Shown here in pieces: positions 37,600 to 49,208 of a stretch of 64,000 bases of DNA. Position 1 is the stretch's first letter; every line of letters begins with the position of its first letter. The translations under genes were made by a program, and so were the position numbers. Under the pieces are notes generated by a model. It saw nothing but the letters and a program-made list of their open reading frames with translations, was not told the origin of the DNA and made no database searches. Source of the stretch: Podarcis gaigeae (Eukaryota); the NCBI GenBank assembly GCA_964106915.2, contig OZ066914.1, one strand, 5' to 3'.

Positions 37600-38620
37600 G
37601 TGGCGAGCGACCTTGAGTGTGTACCGCACTTTATTCCCATCCAATACCCGTTAAGGAGGAGGGGTGAGCCAGGAGGGCTCCTTTCAAAACAAGGGGAAAC
37701 GCTCGAAAGTTATCACCCGCCAACATAAAAGGGGAAGACACAAACACACTTGCGCAGGAGGGAAAAGGCGTGCGCGAGTTTGACGAAGTGGGGAGAAGAA
37801 GCGAAGGCAGCCGAGAACTGCTGGGGCTGAACAGAGGCCTAGCAGGGGAAGGCACCGGCCGGACTGAGCGGAGGGAGCAAGAGAGGAAAACGGGGGCTGG
37901 CTGCCAAGGCCACCACTGGAGAATTCCGAGCCAAGGGGCACCGGCGCGGCGGAGGGCGGGTAGACTCACCTGCCCACGCGCCCAGGTGCGGGCCCACCGC
38001 CGCCGGGTTGCCCAGCACCCACAGGCGGACGGCATAAACTACGCGCTGAAGCTGCAGCCACACGAAGTAGGCGACGCTCGACACCCCGACCCAGTAGAAG
38101 AGGCCGGCGTAGGAAGACAAGAAAGAATCTGAGGCCCCCATAGCGCCGCCGCAGCTCCTGCGACCACAGCGACGAGACGGCTGAGGCGAGAATGAGCCCG
38201 CCCGGTTTCCGCCGGGCCTGTCCCATGGAACAGCCCCGCCCCCGCGGCGTAGCCATTGGCTGGCCGCTTCCCCCGCGCGCCCTCCCATTGGACGTTTTGC
38301 AGCTCGCGGGGAGTTCACGCTCGCAGAGGCCTACTCAAGTCATTCTTTCTCCCCGAAACCGCCCTCTTCCACACAGAGGAGCCTGTCCCTTCGCGCGTGC
38401 GCACTCAGGGGTGGAGTGGGGTGGAGCTTATTCCTTTGCCTCTTATTGGCCGAGGCCGCCTTCATTCATGTGGTGGCCACGCAGTGAACAGGTGGGCGGT
38501 TTTTTCCCCGGCCGGTAAATTGAAGGCGGGGAGCAATCGGGCGGCTCGCGCGTGGAGTCCAACGTCCACGCTCAAGGCCGGCCCACCCATGAGGCAAAGG
38601 TGAGGCGACTGCATCGGGAA
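37600..38620 (-). promoter_or_regulatory. CpG-island promoter of HSD17B12 with GC box, CCAAT boxes and an SRE-like site
   Basis: Sharp rise in GC and CpG. GC box 38234-38243. CCAAT (minus strand) at 38255-38259, 38287-38291 and 38445-38449. TCCACCCCAC (minus) at 38416-38425. Confidence 0.85.
37970..38141 (-). CDS. HSD17B12: HSD17B12 coding exon 1 (MGASDSFLSSYAGLFYWVGVSSVAYFVWLQLQRVVYAVRLWVLGNPAAVGPHLGAWA + 1 nt)
   Basis: ATG at 38141 in GCTATGG context inside a CpG island. Hydrophobic N-terminal anchor followed by GNPAAVGPHLGAWA, resembling human GNEAGVGPGLGEWA. Donor G|GTGAGT, phase 1, which joins exon 2 in frame. Confidence 0.95.
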
Positions 38621-40119
38621 GCAAGATCCACAGGGGCAGCAGATCCCAATGTAGATATTTACGTGCTGGATGAAAAGAGGCTCGTGGGACCTTCATGCCT
38701 GAAGTCTTGCTACTGCTGAGATGTTGCCCCGCTGAGTTCTTCTTCCACTCTTAGAGATATTTGTGTGTGGTTGTCCTCCACAGTGTTTTTCCCTCTTTGG
38801 GGCATAACTCAGGAAATGAGACAGTAGCTCGTAATAAAACTAATCTTCCCTCCCCCGTAGATGGTTGTGCAAGCAGGCTCTGTGCCCTAGTGGGGAAATC
38901 TATGCTCCCCAGGAGGAGGTATCTCTTCAGAAATGATGTTATCAGCAAGCAACAAGTGCCTTGCAAGGCAGACGGTATCTGTTTAAGATCTGTACGGGCA
39001 TGTTCGCAACTTTTCATGTGCATTGGCAAATACTTTTGAACCACCCAAATTTCTTGCAGGCATGCAGCCAGCTATGTGACTTTTCCTGCATGGTGTATCT
39101 GCTATAGGTCCCAAGACATTTCACTTCATCTCTTTGTTCATGTGTCTATAAATCATTTGGCTGAAGGTTGCATTGGATCTTTCAGCTTTTTGCATATAAG
39201 GGGGAAAGCCCCATTTTATAGCTTTGGGCACCAGGCAAAAGCCTTTCTCTATAACCAGGGCTTTGGCTGATTGACATTCTTAGGCCTTTAAAATGTGTTT
39301 GTGGAAAGAGGCTTATTGGTTTTGTTTCTGTTTTATTAAGTATTTTGTGTTCTCATTTTGGTTTTTTGTGTGTGTTGTGAACTACCTGTGATCTTCGGAT
39401 GAAAGGCAGCATACAAATTTAATAAAATAAATAAGATACTGTCTGTTCTTTCTTGAGAAAGTTATTAGTATACACAAATACCTTCTTGTCATGAGGTCTG
39501 TTCCATATGATAGAGAAATTGGGATCTTAGCTTCACTTTGAAGCTAACTTCTGTTACTTTTGCTGTTCCTTTTCCAGCAACACTTTTAATTGGATATATT
39601 TATCCCAGTTTGTATCTGTAGTGGACTTCTAATTGCTTTTAAATACACTTTTATTGTTGGCGATTGACTACTTAGAGTAAGCATTTGATTGCAGATATTT
39701 TGGTTATAGGCACATTTGACTTGATTTCTTTATAGAAAACTTCTATACCCAGCTATCATCTTTGGATGTCCATCTCTTACAGCACCTTCATATTGTATCA
39801 GTGCACATTCAGTTTATCCAGTGTAAGAGATGGTGGGTAGGCTTTCACCATAAGAAAATGTACACAAGGAGGTTTGTGAGGTATCCTGCGACTCAAGGAA
39901 TAAACCTATAGGATTATAGAGGATTATCTCAACCATTACACACTATATGAAATTACAGGACTTGGTAATGCCCAGTTGTGTGGGAGTTAAACTTTAGCAA
40001 TGATTGAAAAAGCAGGATTATCTCATTGTTTCATCATTGTTATCATCATTGTTTGGAGTGTCAGTTGTAGCAATGAACACATTACGTGCCACCCCAGTCA
40101 CTTGGAGAGACTATCTGGA

Positions 40120-41110
40120 AAAAATTAAGAGGCCAACTGGATCAGGCTCATCTAAGTCCAGCATCCTGTTCTCACAGTAGCCAGCTGGATGGCAATGGGA
40201 AGCCTGCAGCAGGACACGAGCACCATCCTTACTTGCAGCCCTGGTATTGACACATACCGTATTGACTTCAACAATGGAGGATGTACTGTAACATCAAGTA
40301 AACACCATTGATAGCTTTATCATCTGTGAATTTGTCTAATTTTTTCAAGTCTTCCAAGCTGGTGGCTATCACTACTTCTTGTAGGAGCAGGATAAATACT
40401 CTGTACTTTCGCCTGTCCTGAATCTTCCAACTTTCAGCTTTATTGCATTGCCCCAGGTTCTAACATGGAGAGGGAGAGAAACTACTCTCTATCCACTCTC
40501 CACACCGTGTATAATTTTATATATTTGTCATGTCCCGTGTGCCTTTTCGCTGAAGTAAAATAAAAAATCCAAATGCTGTAACCTTTCCTCATAGGGAAGT
40601 CACTTTGTCCCCTTTGATCATTTTGGTTGCCCTTTTTCAGTTATACAATACAGTGGTACCTCATGTTACAGACGCTTCAGGTTACAGACTCCGCTAACCC
40701 CGAAATAGTACCTCAGGTTAAGAACTTTGCTTCAGGATGAGAACAGAAATTACACGGAGGCGGAGTGGCGGCAGCGGGAGGCTCCATTAGCTAAAGTGGT
40801 ACCTCAGGTTAAGAACAGACCTCCAGAATGAATTAAATTCTTAATTCGAGGTACCACTGTATCCATTTTGGAGTGGGGCTACAAGAACTTTACGCAAATT
40901 TCCAATCATGGTTAATCCATAGATTTGTTGAATGGCAGGAGATTGGCAGTTTTATTTTCAATCCTTTTCCTAATGATCCCTTACATGAAATTTGTCTTTA
41001 TCATAGCTGCCACATGCTGGGTCACCACCTTACTGAGCTATTAACCACAAACTCAAGGTTTCCTTCTTGGTCTGTCACCACCAGCTCAGACTCCATTAGC
41101 AATTGTTTTG
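40120..41110 (-). mobile_element. Degraded CR1 fragment interrupted by a MITE
   Basis: CR1-like blocks (GTCCAGCATCCTGTTCTCACAG; TTGATCATTTTGGTTGCCCTT). Confidence 0.6.
40651..40859. mobile_element. CAGTGGTACC-family MITE nested in CR1
   Basis: TIR CAGTGGTACCTC...GAGGTACCACTG; TA TSD. Confidence 0.92.
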
Positions 41111-41603
41111 CCCCAATGTGTATCACTTCATTTGTGACCTGTAGCTTTGGTGCAAATGAATGGATAGTTTTCATCTTGCTGTCTTTCTGACAATTTTCTA
41201 CTCTCTTTTAAGCTCTTATCTGCATTGCTCCATTTGTTAACTAGCAAGTAGGAATGTCAAAAAAAATTAAAAATCATTTTAAACACCTTGCTCTCATTTC
41301 ACCTACTTTTATATCTCTCATAATTAATGCCAGTGTATGATAGTGGTGTTTGATACCTTGGTTGTTTTCATGTCTTAAAGTACCAGCTCCAGTTTGCTTT
41401 TTTTATTGTCCTATTCAGAAGAATTAGGGAGCCTTGGTTTATAATCTGAAAATGGCTATTACTTGTCTGAACAAATATCTATTGCTTACTTAAAAGTAAA
41501 AGCCTTTATCCACATGTTTTGGACAGGAGCCAGGACATAACCTATAGATGTGGCAACAACACAAAAGGTAAATTTGTGTAGGGCACCCTGTGGACTAAAA
41601 TAC

Positions 41604-42105
41604 TGTTGACTACCCCAATTTCTGAGCAAGCTTCCAGGGATTCCAGGGACTCACTCAGGGTCCATGTTTCCTTTTGGAATTGAGGGACAGCAGAGACTGT
41701 GGTGTCTTTCTGATATATAGTTCATTTACAACCAGAACCTACAGCATCAGCACCCTAAAAGGGTCTTGTTTCTCTAATAGCTGCAGCCTTAGATTCAATC
41801 AGAAATCAAAATTGCTCTCTGATGCTCTGCTTGCTGCTTTTTTCCAGCTTCTAGCTCACATAACACAAACTCTGCTTTCAAACTGAGGCTTTTGTCCTTC
41901 TCTACCAGAGAGCTGGAAGAGGGCCCCCACACATTTGCCATCTGGCACAGAACCCCATTTCCTCTGTTCTCTTAATGACCCATTGTCTTTTGTTCTTAAT
42001 AGCCCACCATCCCAGGCGATGACCTCTTGAGGAAGCTAGCCTGCCTTATAGGATTGATTAGAAAGGATGGTTTAGGAAACTGGTGTCAAGAACTCTCTCT
42101 GTGCA
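41604..42105 (-). mobile_element. Solo LTR
   Basis: TG...CA termini with 4-bp TSD ATAC on both sides; homologous to 34500-34987. Confidence 0.65.
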
Positions 42106-42400
42106 ATACTAATGTGTGGGCAGCTTTCCCAGCCCCACCAGGTGAAGCCATATGCCTCTAGTGTCGCAATTGCATAATAGAGTTTCTACAGGTGTTGTCA
42201 GTTTGTTCACATTCCCTTCCTTCCTTAGGCAAAAACTTTCTAAATGCCAAACTAGTAAAGCAGGATGAACTTAGGACTTATTGTGTTGAGTAGGCCATTT
42301 TGAAAGTCGTTCTTTTAACACAGAGGTGAGGAACTGCTGGAATGAGCTGGAACTGACCTGACAACCTTTGCTATTTGGCCTGTCAGTCTCTTGCTAAATT

Positions 42401-43016
42401 TGTCATGACATTATGCTGAAGATGGGAAAAACCCTGTGAACCACTCTGAATCATGTGGGATCAGTAGTCGCAGTAGTCCTGGTAGAACTGGTGATACAGC
42501 TGCTGAAGAAGAAAAACCAAATCGAGCCACAAGAAGTCTGGAATCCACAGGCGCTCTCTGGGGTATTGAGGAGTGGTGGTCATCTGTGTGATAGCACCCA
42601 CACCCACACCTGAGTGCTGGGAGTGCCGGAGTGTGCAGAGATCACTAGAGAAGCATCTGAACAAATTGGCAGTGATGACTTTCCTACATTTCCCTTCCAG
42701 GTGCCCCATCTAAGAGATGCTCCTCCTATCCGAAGTCTTTCTTCCCAGCAGCTACATACAGTACTCACAGTGAAATTGAAAAGTGCATCACTTGAAAAGC
42801 GCTGCCTTGAAACCAACTTTAAAAGAGCATTACTGTATTAGTTTTCAGCGAACAGCTTCATTTGCATTAATAAGGGAGATGTCCCTATTCTCGACTGCTG
42901 CTCTGAAACTAGACCCCTGCCTATGCATCTGCTTCTGACCGCTTTGACAGACAGACAGCTTCCTCTAGTTCCCAGAACCCAACTATTTGGATGCAGACTT
43001 TTGTCAACGCCTGATA
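42401..43016 (+). mobile_element. Possible solo LTR (Gypsy-like)
   Basis: TGTCA...TGATA termini and composition distinct from the flanks; TSD not clear. Confidence 0.35.
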
Positions 43017-43047
43017 TTTATTTATTTGGTGCATTTATATACCACTT

Positions 43048-43402
43048 GGGACGCGGGTGGCACTGTGGGTTAAACCACAGAGCCTAGGACTTGCTAATCA
43101 GAAGGTCGGCAGTTCGAATCCCCGCGATGGGGTGAGCTCCCGTTGCTCGGTCCCTGCTCCTGCCCACCTAGCAGTTCAAAAGCACGTCAAAGTGCAAGTA
43201 GATAAATAGGTACCGCTCCGGCGGGAAGGTGTACGGTGTTTCTGTGCGCTGCTCTGGTTCACCAGAAGCGGCTTAGTCATGCTGGCCACATGACCCGGAA
43301 GCTGTACGCCAGCTCCTTCGGCCAATAAAGCGAGATGAGCACCGCAATCCCAGAGTCGGCCACAACTGGACCTAATGGTCAGGGGTCGCTTTACTTTACC
43401 TT
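43048..43402 (+). mobile_element. Full-length Sauria-type SINE
   Basis: GGGACGCGGGTGGC head, B box GTTCGAATCC, TTTACTTTACCTTT tail. Confidence 0.92.
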
Positions 43403-43539
43403 TATATAACAATCATTAGCAATTTGGTGTGCATAAAAATAAACCACACAGAGAATAAAACAGTAAGAATTCATCATTAAACCAAACAGAAACCCAAACA
43501 CTACCATAAAATGGCTGCTGGAATAAGAAAATACTGGTC

Positions 43540-43835
43540 ATGCACCTGAGGTTCAACAAGGATGGTGCCAGTGTCTCATCACAGCTGGGAGGACATTCCA
43601 CAGGCTGGGGAGCACAGCAACGAATGCATGGATTCTAGTAGTAATGAGCTGTGCAGCTGAGTCATGAAGGACCACCAACAAAGACTCCCCTAAGGATCTC
43701 GGTGATTGGGTAATGACAGAAGGGATCAGGCAGTCCTTAAAATATCTTGGATCCAAATGGTTACGGAGTTTGCAAATTAACACAAGAACTTTGAATCTAG
43801 CCTGGTAACCAACGGGCAGCCAGTGTAAGCTTTTA
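43540..43835 (-). mobile_element. Degraded L2 3' fragment
   Basis: ORF 43553..43870 contains LHWLPVGYQARFKVLVL ... LWNVLP. Confidence 0.75.
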
Positions 43836-44384
43836 AAACCCACCCACACAAGGCACTTCAGTATGTCCACAGCTGGGTAACATGCAATTTTATGTTGGAT
43901 TTCCCCATTCCCCCTTACCTCATTAGCTGTTTCTCTTTATTTAATATGGGGTTTACTGATAAAGTGTGGGCTGCTGGACTACCATCTCACTTGGATGAGT
44001 ACAACATTATGTGGACAACATGAAAACATACCCACGAGTGATGCATGAAATCCTCTTTAAACTGGCATGTGTACAAAGCCTTGGTTGCCACAACTATTGT
44101 AGGGATTATTCAACTGCGAGAAGCTGTTCTTGTGAGTGCTTATTTGGCAAGATGAAATCAATTTAGAAATAGTGCATCAATTCCCAGGCTTGCTGTTAAT
44201 TAGTTACTATATGAAGTGGCTCCTGCTTGTCAGCAGGAAGGTACAATATGCATGTGTGGATTTAAATTGCCCAGAATTTGTTAATTAGAAGTGCACCAAC
44301 ATACCACTATTACTTACCCTTGTTGTTTGTGCCAAGTAATTTTGTTAGTTACCATTTTTTAATTATAACTTTATGCCTAGTTAT

Positions 44385-45040
44385 AGTGTCCTGATCAAGG
44401 GAAGTAATAGTAGACCACAGCTGAGTACTGTGTCCAGCTCTGGGCACTGCAATTTAAGAAGGATACAGTGGTACCTTGGGTTAAATACTTAATTCGTTCC
44501 AGAGGTCCGTTCTTAACCTGAAACTGTTCTTAACCTGAAGCACCACTTTAGCTAATGGGGCCTCCCGCTGCTGCTGCACCACCGAAGCACGATTTCTGTT
44601 CTCATCCTGAAGCAAAGTTCTTAACCCAAGGTACTATTTCTGGGTTAGCGGAGTCTGTAACCTGAAGTGTATGTAACCCGAGGTACCACTGTATTTACAA
44701 GCTGGAATGTGTGCAGAGGAAGGCAACCAAGATGATTAACAGTCTGGAAACCAACCTATGAGGAATAGTTGAGGGAGTTGGGTGTGGAGCAAGCTTGTTT
44801 TCTCCTGCTCCAGAGAGCAGGACCCAAACCAATGGCTTCAAGTTACAAGAAATGAGATTCTGACATCAGGAAGAACTTTCTGAAAGTAAGAGCTGTTTGA
44901 CAGTGAAACAGACTTCCTTGGAAGGTGGCGGGCTCTCCTTTTTTGGAGGTTTTCAAGCAGAGGTTGGATGGCCATCTGCCATGGATGCTTTAATTGAGAA
45001 ACCTGCATTGCAGGGGGTTGGACTAGTTCTGTGGTTCTAT
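44385..45040 (+). mobile_element. CR1 3' fragment interrupted by a MITE
   Basis: GAGTACTGTGTCCAG.TCTGGGCAC, CAAGCTGGAATGTGTGCAGAGG, GCAGGGGGTTGGACTAG tail. Confidence 0.8.
44466..44691. mobile_element. CAGTGGTACC-family MITE nested in CR1
   Basis: TIRs and TA TSD; removal restores AAGAAGGATATT.ACAAGCTGG. Confidence 0.92.
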
Positions 45041-47151
45041 GTCAAAGTTTATTTAAACTCGGAAGCACTACTTCTGTTCCAAATGATTTGCAGTCTAGCA
45101 GCACATTCCTAACCGTGTTTACTCAGATGTAAGTCCAATTGAGTTCAAGGGTGCTCGCTCCCAGGTAAATGGCAGTGGAATGAGAGAAAATCAAGCTGCT
45201 CCAAGCCCATTTGTATATCTTAGACTGGAAAGCATAGAAGAAACATGGAATAGAGCAGAATGTGAATGGCATGCCCACTTGTAGGGATTTACTAGGATAC
45301 CCCCATAAATTTTTACATAGGATTTGCTACAATTCATGTAAGTTATGCTGCACTTTTAAGGAGATTCCAACCTGCTAGACTGCCAAAACCAGATGGTGGC
45401 TTGCTGAATTCACGAGCACCTGAGTAGTTCTGCCTTCCCCTCTGGCAACATCCCTGCCTGTACATGACTTATGTAACCCATTCTCAGAGCAATACTTAAT
45501 GAGGGAGGCTCACCCTGACTTCAGGAATAGTATAAATGGTCTACTTATTACCAGCTTAGCAATGCTACTCTCATAAATCAAAATCAGGTGACTACAGAAC
45601 TGCAGTACAGCAGACTACATATAAGAGCAGAGAAAGAACACTTCCCTCCCTGACACCTCCAAACAAAGCCTGGTCAGAGGGCTTAGGGACTGCAGGGTGA
45701 ATAAGGATGCTCATTTTAAAGCATCACATAGCACAGTAACGAGGGGGAGTTGTGCCCAGTCACAAGGGGATTGCAACAAAATGGTCAGGTGGAACCAAAT
45801 GCCCAAATATGGCTGGTGGGCTACAGCTTTTGACAAGAGTCTGTCCTTTTATTCTGCGACTACAACTGGATACAGAAAAGGAGAGGCAGAGAAGGAAGAC
45901 CTCTAGGCTACCAAACCAGAAGTAACAATCAAATAATTGTTGTAGAATATAATTGCATATACTGTAGTGCTGTTTCAGGCCAGAAAATAAATCAACAAAA
46001 AACAAATACCAGGAAACTGATATATTGGATGAAATAAAGCTGGAGGTAGACAGAATGTGTGTTTTTTTAAAAATGTGAAGTTGAATGTGTGAGTAGCCAT
46101 GATTAGGAGTGAGACTGTAAGACCTGCCTGGCCAGTCTTGTAGGAGTTCGACAAAAATACACATTCAAGCAAAATGACTGCCAAACCTTTATTGAAGATA
46201 CAGTGTACGGTAAGAAGGCAATGCAAAATTACATTTTCAGGTCATAAAATTACCCTGTGCACCCACACCCAGTGCTATTTCTGTTTATGCCTGACAGTTG
46301 GGCTGAATCTTTTAGAATTCAGACCATAGCAAACCACCCCAATAGGTGTGTTGCTATCTTTTCTCTTGCAACTTGAGATTCTACATATGTAAGTTCAGTA
46401 ATTTAACTGAGTTATGTGGGTCTTCTAGATGAATGTGCACAGAAAAATAACAAAAGGAACGTAAGGGGCCCAGTTTGAAAGTTCTAGTGCAAACCAGACC
46501 TCTTTCTGCTCATTGCTACCAGTAAAGAGCATACCACTATCTAATCTTGGCTAGTCTTTGCTGGATTGCATACCCCTTAACTGTCCCAATTAAATCAGGA
46601 CATCCTGTTTTTTTTGGGGGGGGGCATGTTCTCATGTGGGTCACATGATTCACACAACAACATGGATCCAGAAGGCATCATCCTGGTTTTCTGCTGCATC
46701 ATAGAGGGTATGGGCTTGGCATTTTTGAGACAAAATAATGTGCTACTCCACAAGCACAGGGAAACAGAGTACTCAGAAAATAGAAGCTACTTACACTTAG
46801 TTTCTTCAGGTCCACAGTCCTTGATTAGAAATGATATCTGTTTAAAAGAAGAGACCAGCAGTGTTAAACATTTGGATCAAAGAAAGGTAGGCTGGGGTGG
46901 GGACATGCTAACACACATAAAAATACTTTTAAATCTACCATTTATTTGGATAGACTGGGAAGAGGTACTGGGAGGCAGGTAATCTAAATTAAGAGTTTAA
47001 GAGGATTAAGTAAATGTAGGTAATGTATAAACAAAGAAACAGTATTCTAAAGGAAGTGTAGGGAAAGGAAAAGAGCCGATAAAAGAATTGAGGAATGTGG
47101 ATAGCCCTGCTTTTTGCAGGATTCCCATTTATGTACACAATGTGTACATAG

Positions 47152-47532
47152 AGATGTGGGTGGCACTGTGGTCTAAACCACTGAGCCTCTTGGGCTTGCC
47201 AACTGGACGGTCAGCGGTTCGAATCCATGCAACAGGGTGAGCTTCCATTGCTCTGTCCAAGCTTCTACCAACCTAGCAGTTCAAAAGCACACTAGAGCAA
47301 GTAGATAAATAGGTACCGCTGCAGTGAAAAGGTAAACGGCGTTTCCGTGTGTTCTGGCTTCCCTCACGGTGTCCTGTTGCACCACAAGCAGTTTAGTCAT
47401 GCTGGCCACATGACCTGGAAAGCTGTCTGTGGTCAAATGCCGGCTCCCTCAGCCTGAAGTGAGATGAGTGCCGTCCCCTATAGTCGCTTTTGACTGGACT
47501 TAACCGACCAGGGGTCATTTACCTTTACCTTT
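47152..47532 (+). mobile_element. Sauria-type SINE, older copy
   Basis: Same architecture as 43048-43402; TTTACCTTTACCTTT tail. Confidence 0.85.
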
Positions 47533-48304
47533 TATTTTTACACAAATTGTGCAAACACTGGTCTGAATGCATTATGGTTGAGAGTGGGGCTGGACGTCAT
47601 GCAAAACCTGAGCAGTTGCACTATGCTACGGCTCCTGTAACCCATATGTCACTGTATAGGTTTACTGCTTGATGGAAGACAAATGTTCCATATGCCTGAT
47701 TTCTATCTGCTGCTGTGGCTGAGTGGGTAAGAAACTGCTCTGTGGGCTGAAATATCTTCAGATTTATTTACAGACCATTCTCAACTTACACAGGGGTTAC
47801 GTTCTGGGGATAGTGCATAAAGCCAAAACAGCATATCGTCAAAATATGGTGGGTGGGATTACCAAAGTCTCCCCCCAGACAATCACCCCCTTTCTAACTT
47901 GTTTTGCCAACCATGTAAAGCTGAATGCACTAAAGTTAAATGTGCATAAGCTGCAAGTTACCCGTATTTTTAAAGTAAAAAATGGCACAAGGCCCTTACA
48001 TCCCTAACCATCATGGCCCCCTGGTGCTGGATAGAGGCTAACAGAAGTACAGAAGTAAGCAGATTCTTTAATTTTTTGTATGTGTTATTACCTCAAAAAG
48101 CCCTTAAGGGTTTGACTGAATGTAAAAAGTAGCATTTCTGAATTTTTCAAATAATTTATCCATATATTTAACAATTGTTAGAATTTTCCTAAAATAATGA
48201 ATTTATACAATATTCAGTGTGTCTTGATGTACTTCACATTTTAATTCCATTCCAATATAATACAAAAGGTATCCAATTGTTTACCCGTGTGGATTTTTAT
48301 CCGT

Positions 48305-48996
48305 GTGAAGTTGAATCCTGACAAGACAGAAGTACTGTTTTTGGGGGACAGGGGGCGGGCTGGTGTGGAGGACTCCCTGGTCCTGAATAGGGTAACTGTG
48401 CCCCTGAAGGACCAGGTGTGCAGCCTAGGAGTCATTTTGGATCCACAGCTGTCCATGGAGGCGCAGGTCAATTCTGTATCCAGGGCAGCTGTCTACCAAC
48501 TCCAACTGGTACGCAGGCTGAGACCCTACCTGCCCGCGGACTGTCTCGCCAGAGTGGTGCATGCTCTAGTTATCTCCCGCTTGGACTACTGCAATGTGCT
48601 CTACGTGGGGCTACCTTTGAAGGTGACTCAGAAACTACAACTAATCCAGAATGCGGCAGCTAGACTGGTGACTAGGGGTGGCCGCCGAGACCACATAACA
48701 CCGGTCTTGAAAGACCTACATTGGCTCCCAGTACGTTTCCGAGCACAATTCAAAGTGCTGGTGTTGACCTTTAAAGCCCTAAACGGCCTCTGCCCAGTAT
48801 ACCTGAAGGAGCATCTCCACCCCCATCGTTCTGCCTGGACGCTGAGGTCCAGCGCCGAGGGCCTTCTGGCGGTTCCCTCATTGCGAGAAGCAAAGCTACA
48901 GGGAACCAGGCAGAGGGCCTTCTCGGTAGTGGCGCCTGCCCTGTGGAACGCCCTCCCATAAATGTCAAAGCGATAAATAACTACCTGACATTCAGA
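48305..48996 (+). mobile_element. L2 LINE ORF2 C-terminal fragment
   Basis: ORF 48287..48961: KLNPDKTEVL, SRLDYCN, QNAAARL, LHWLPVRFRAQFKVL, LWNALP. Confidence 0.92.
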
Positions 48997-48998
48997 AC

Positions 48999-49100
48999 AA
49001 AAAAAAAATTCCTTCCAGTAGCACCTTAAAGACCAACTAAGTCAGTTCTTGGTATGAGCTTTCGTGTGCATGCACACTTCTTCAGATATTCTTCAGATAC
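48999..49100 (-). mobile_element. Penelope-like element terminal-repeat fragment
   Basis: TCCAGTAGCACCTTAAAGACCAACTAAG..GAGCTTTCGTG..CACTTCTTCAGAT resembles reptile Penelope-like termini as I recall them; contains a hammerhead core on the minus strand. Confidence 0.7.
49052..49088 (-). ncRNA. Minimal type I hammerhead ribozyme motif
   Basis: Minus strand reads UAU-CUGAAGA-A-GUGUG(CAUG)CACAC-GAAA-GC-UC^AUAC: both core boxes, a perfect 5-bp stem II, a palindromic AGCU minimal stem III and a short stem I. Confidence 0.7.
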
Positions 49101-49161
49101 TTCATTAAGGTGAACTTGATTCCTTTCTTTGACCCCTTAGCTGTTGAGGTACCAAATAACA

Positions 49162-49162
<1 letters not shown>

Positions 49163-49208
<46 letters not shown>
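49163..49208. repeat. (TTAG)n microsatellite
   Basis: About 11 tandem AGTT units. Confidence 0.95.

Noticed and set aside
37839-38318. 159-aa ORF suggesting an N-terminally extended HSD17B12
   Set aside because: The upstream in-frame ATG overlaps a CCAAT box in the promoter and the C-terminal part runs past the splice donor; long open frames are expected in GC-rich CpG islands.
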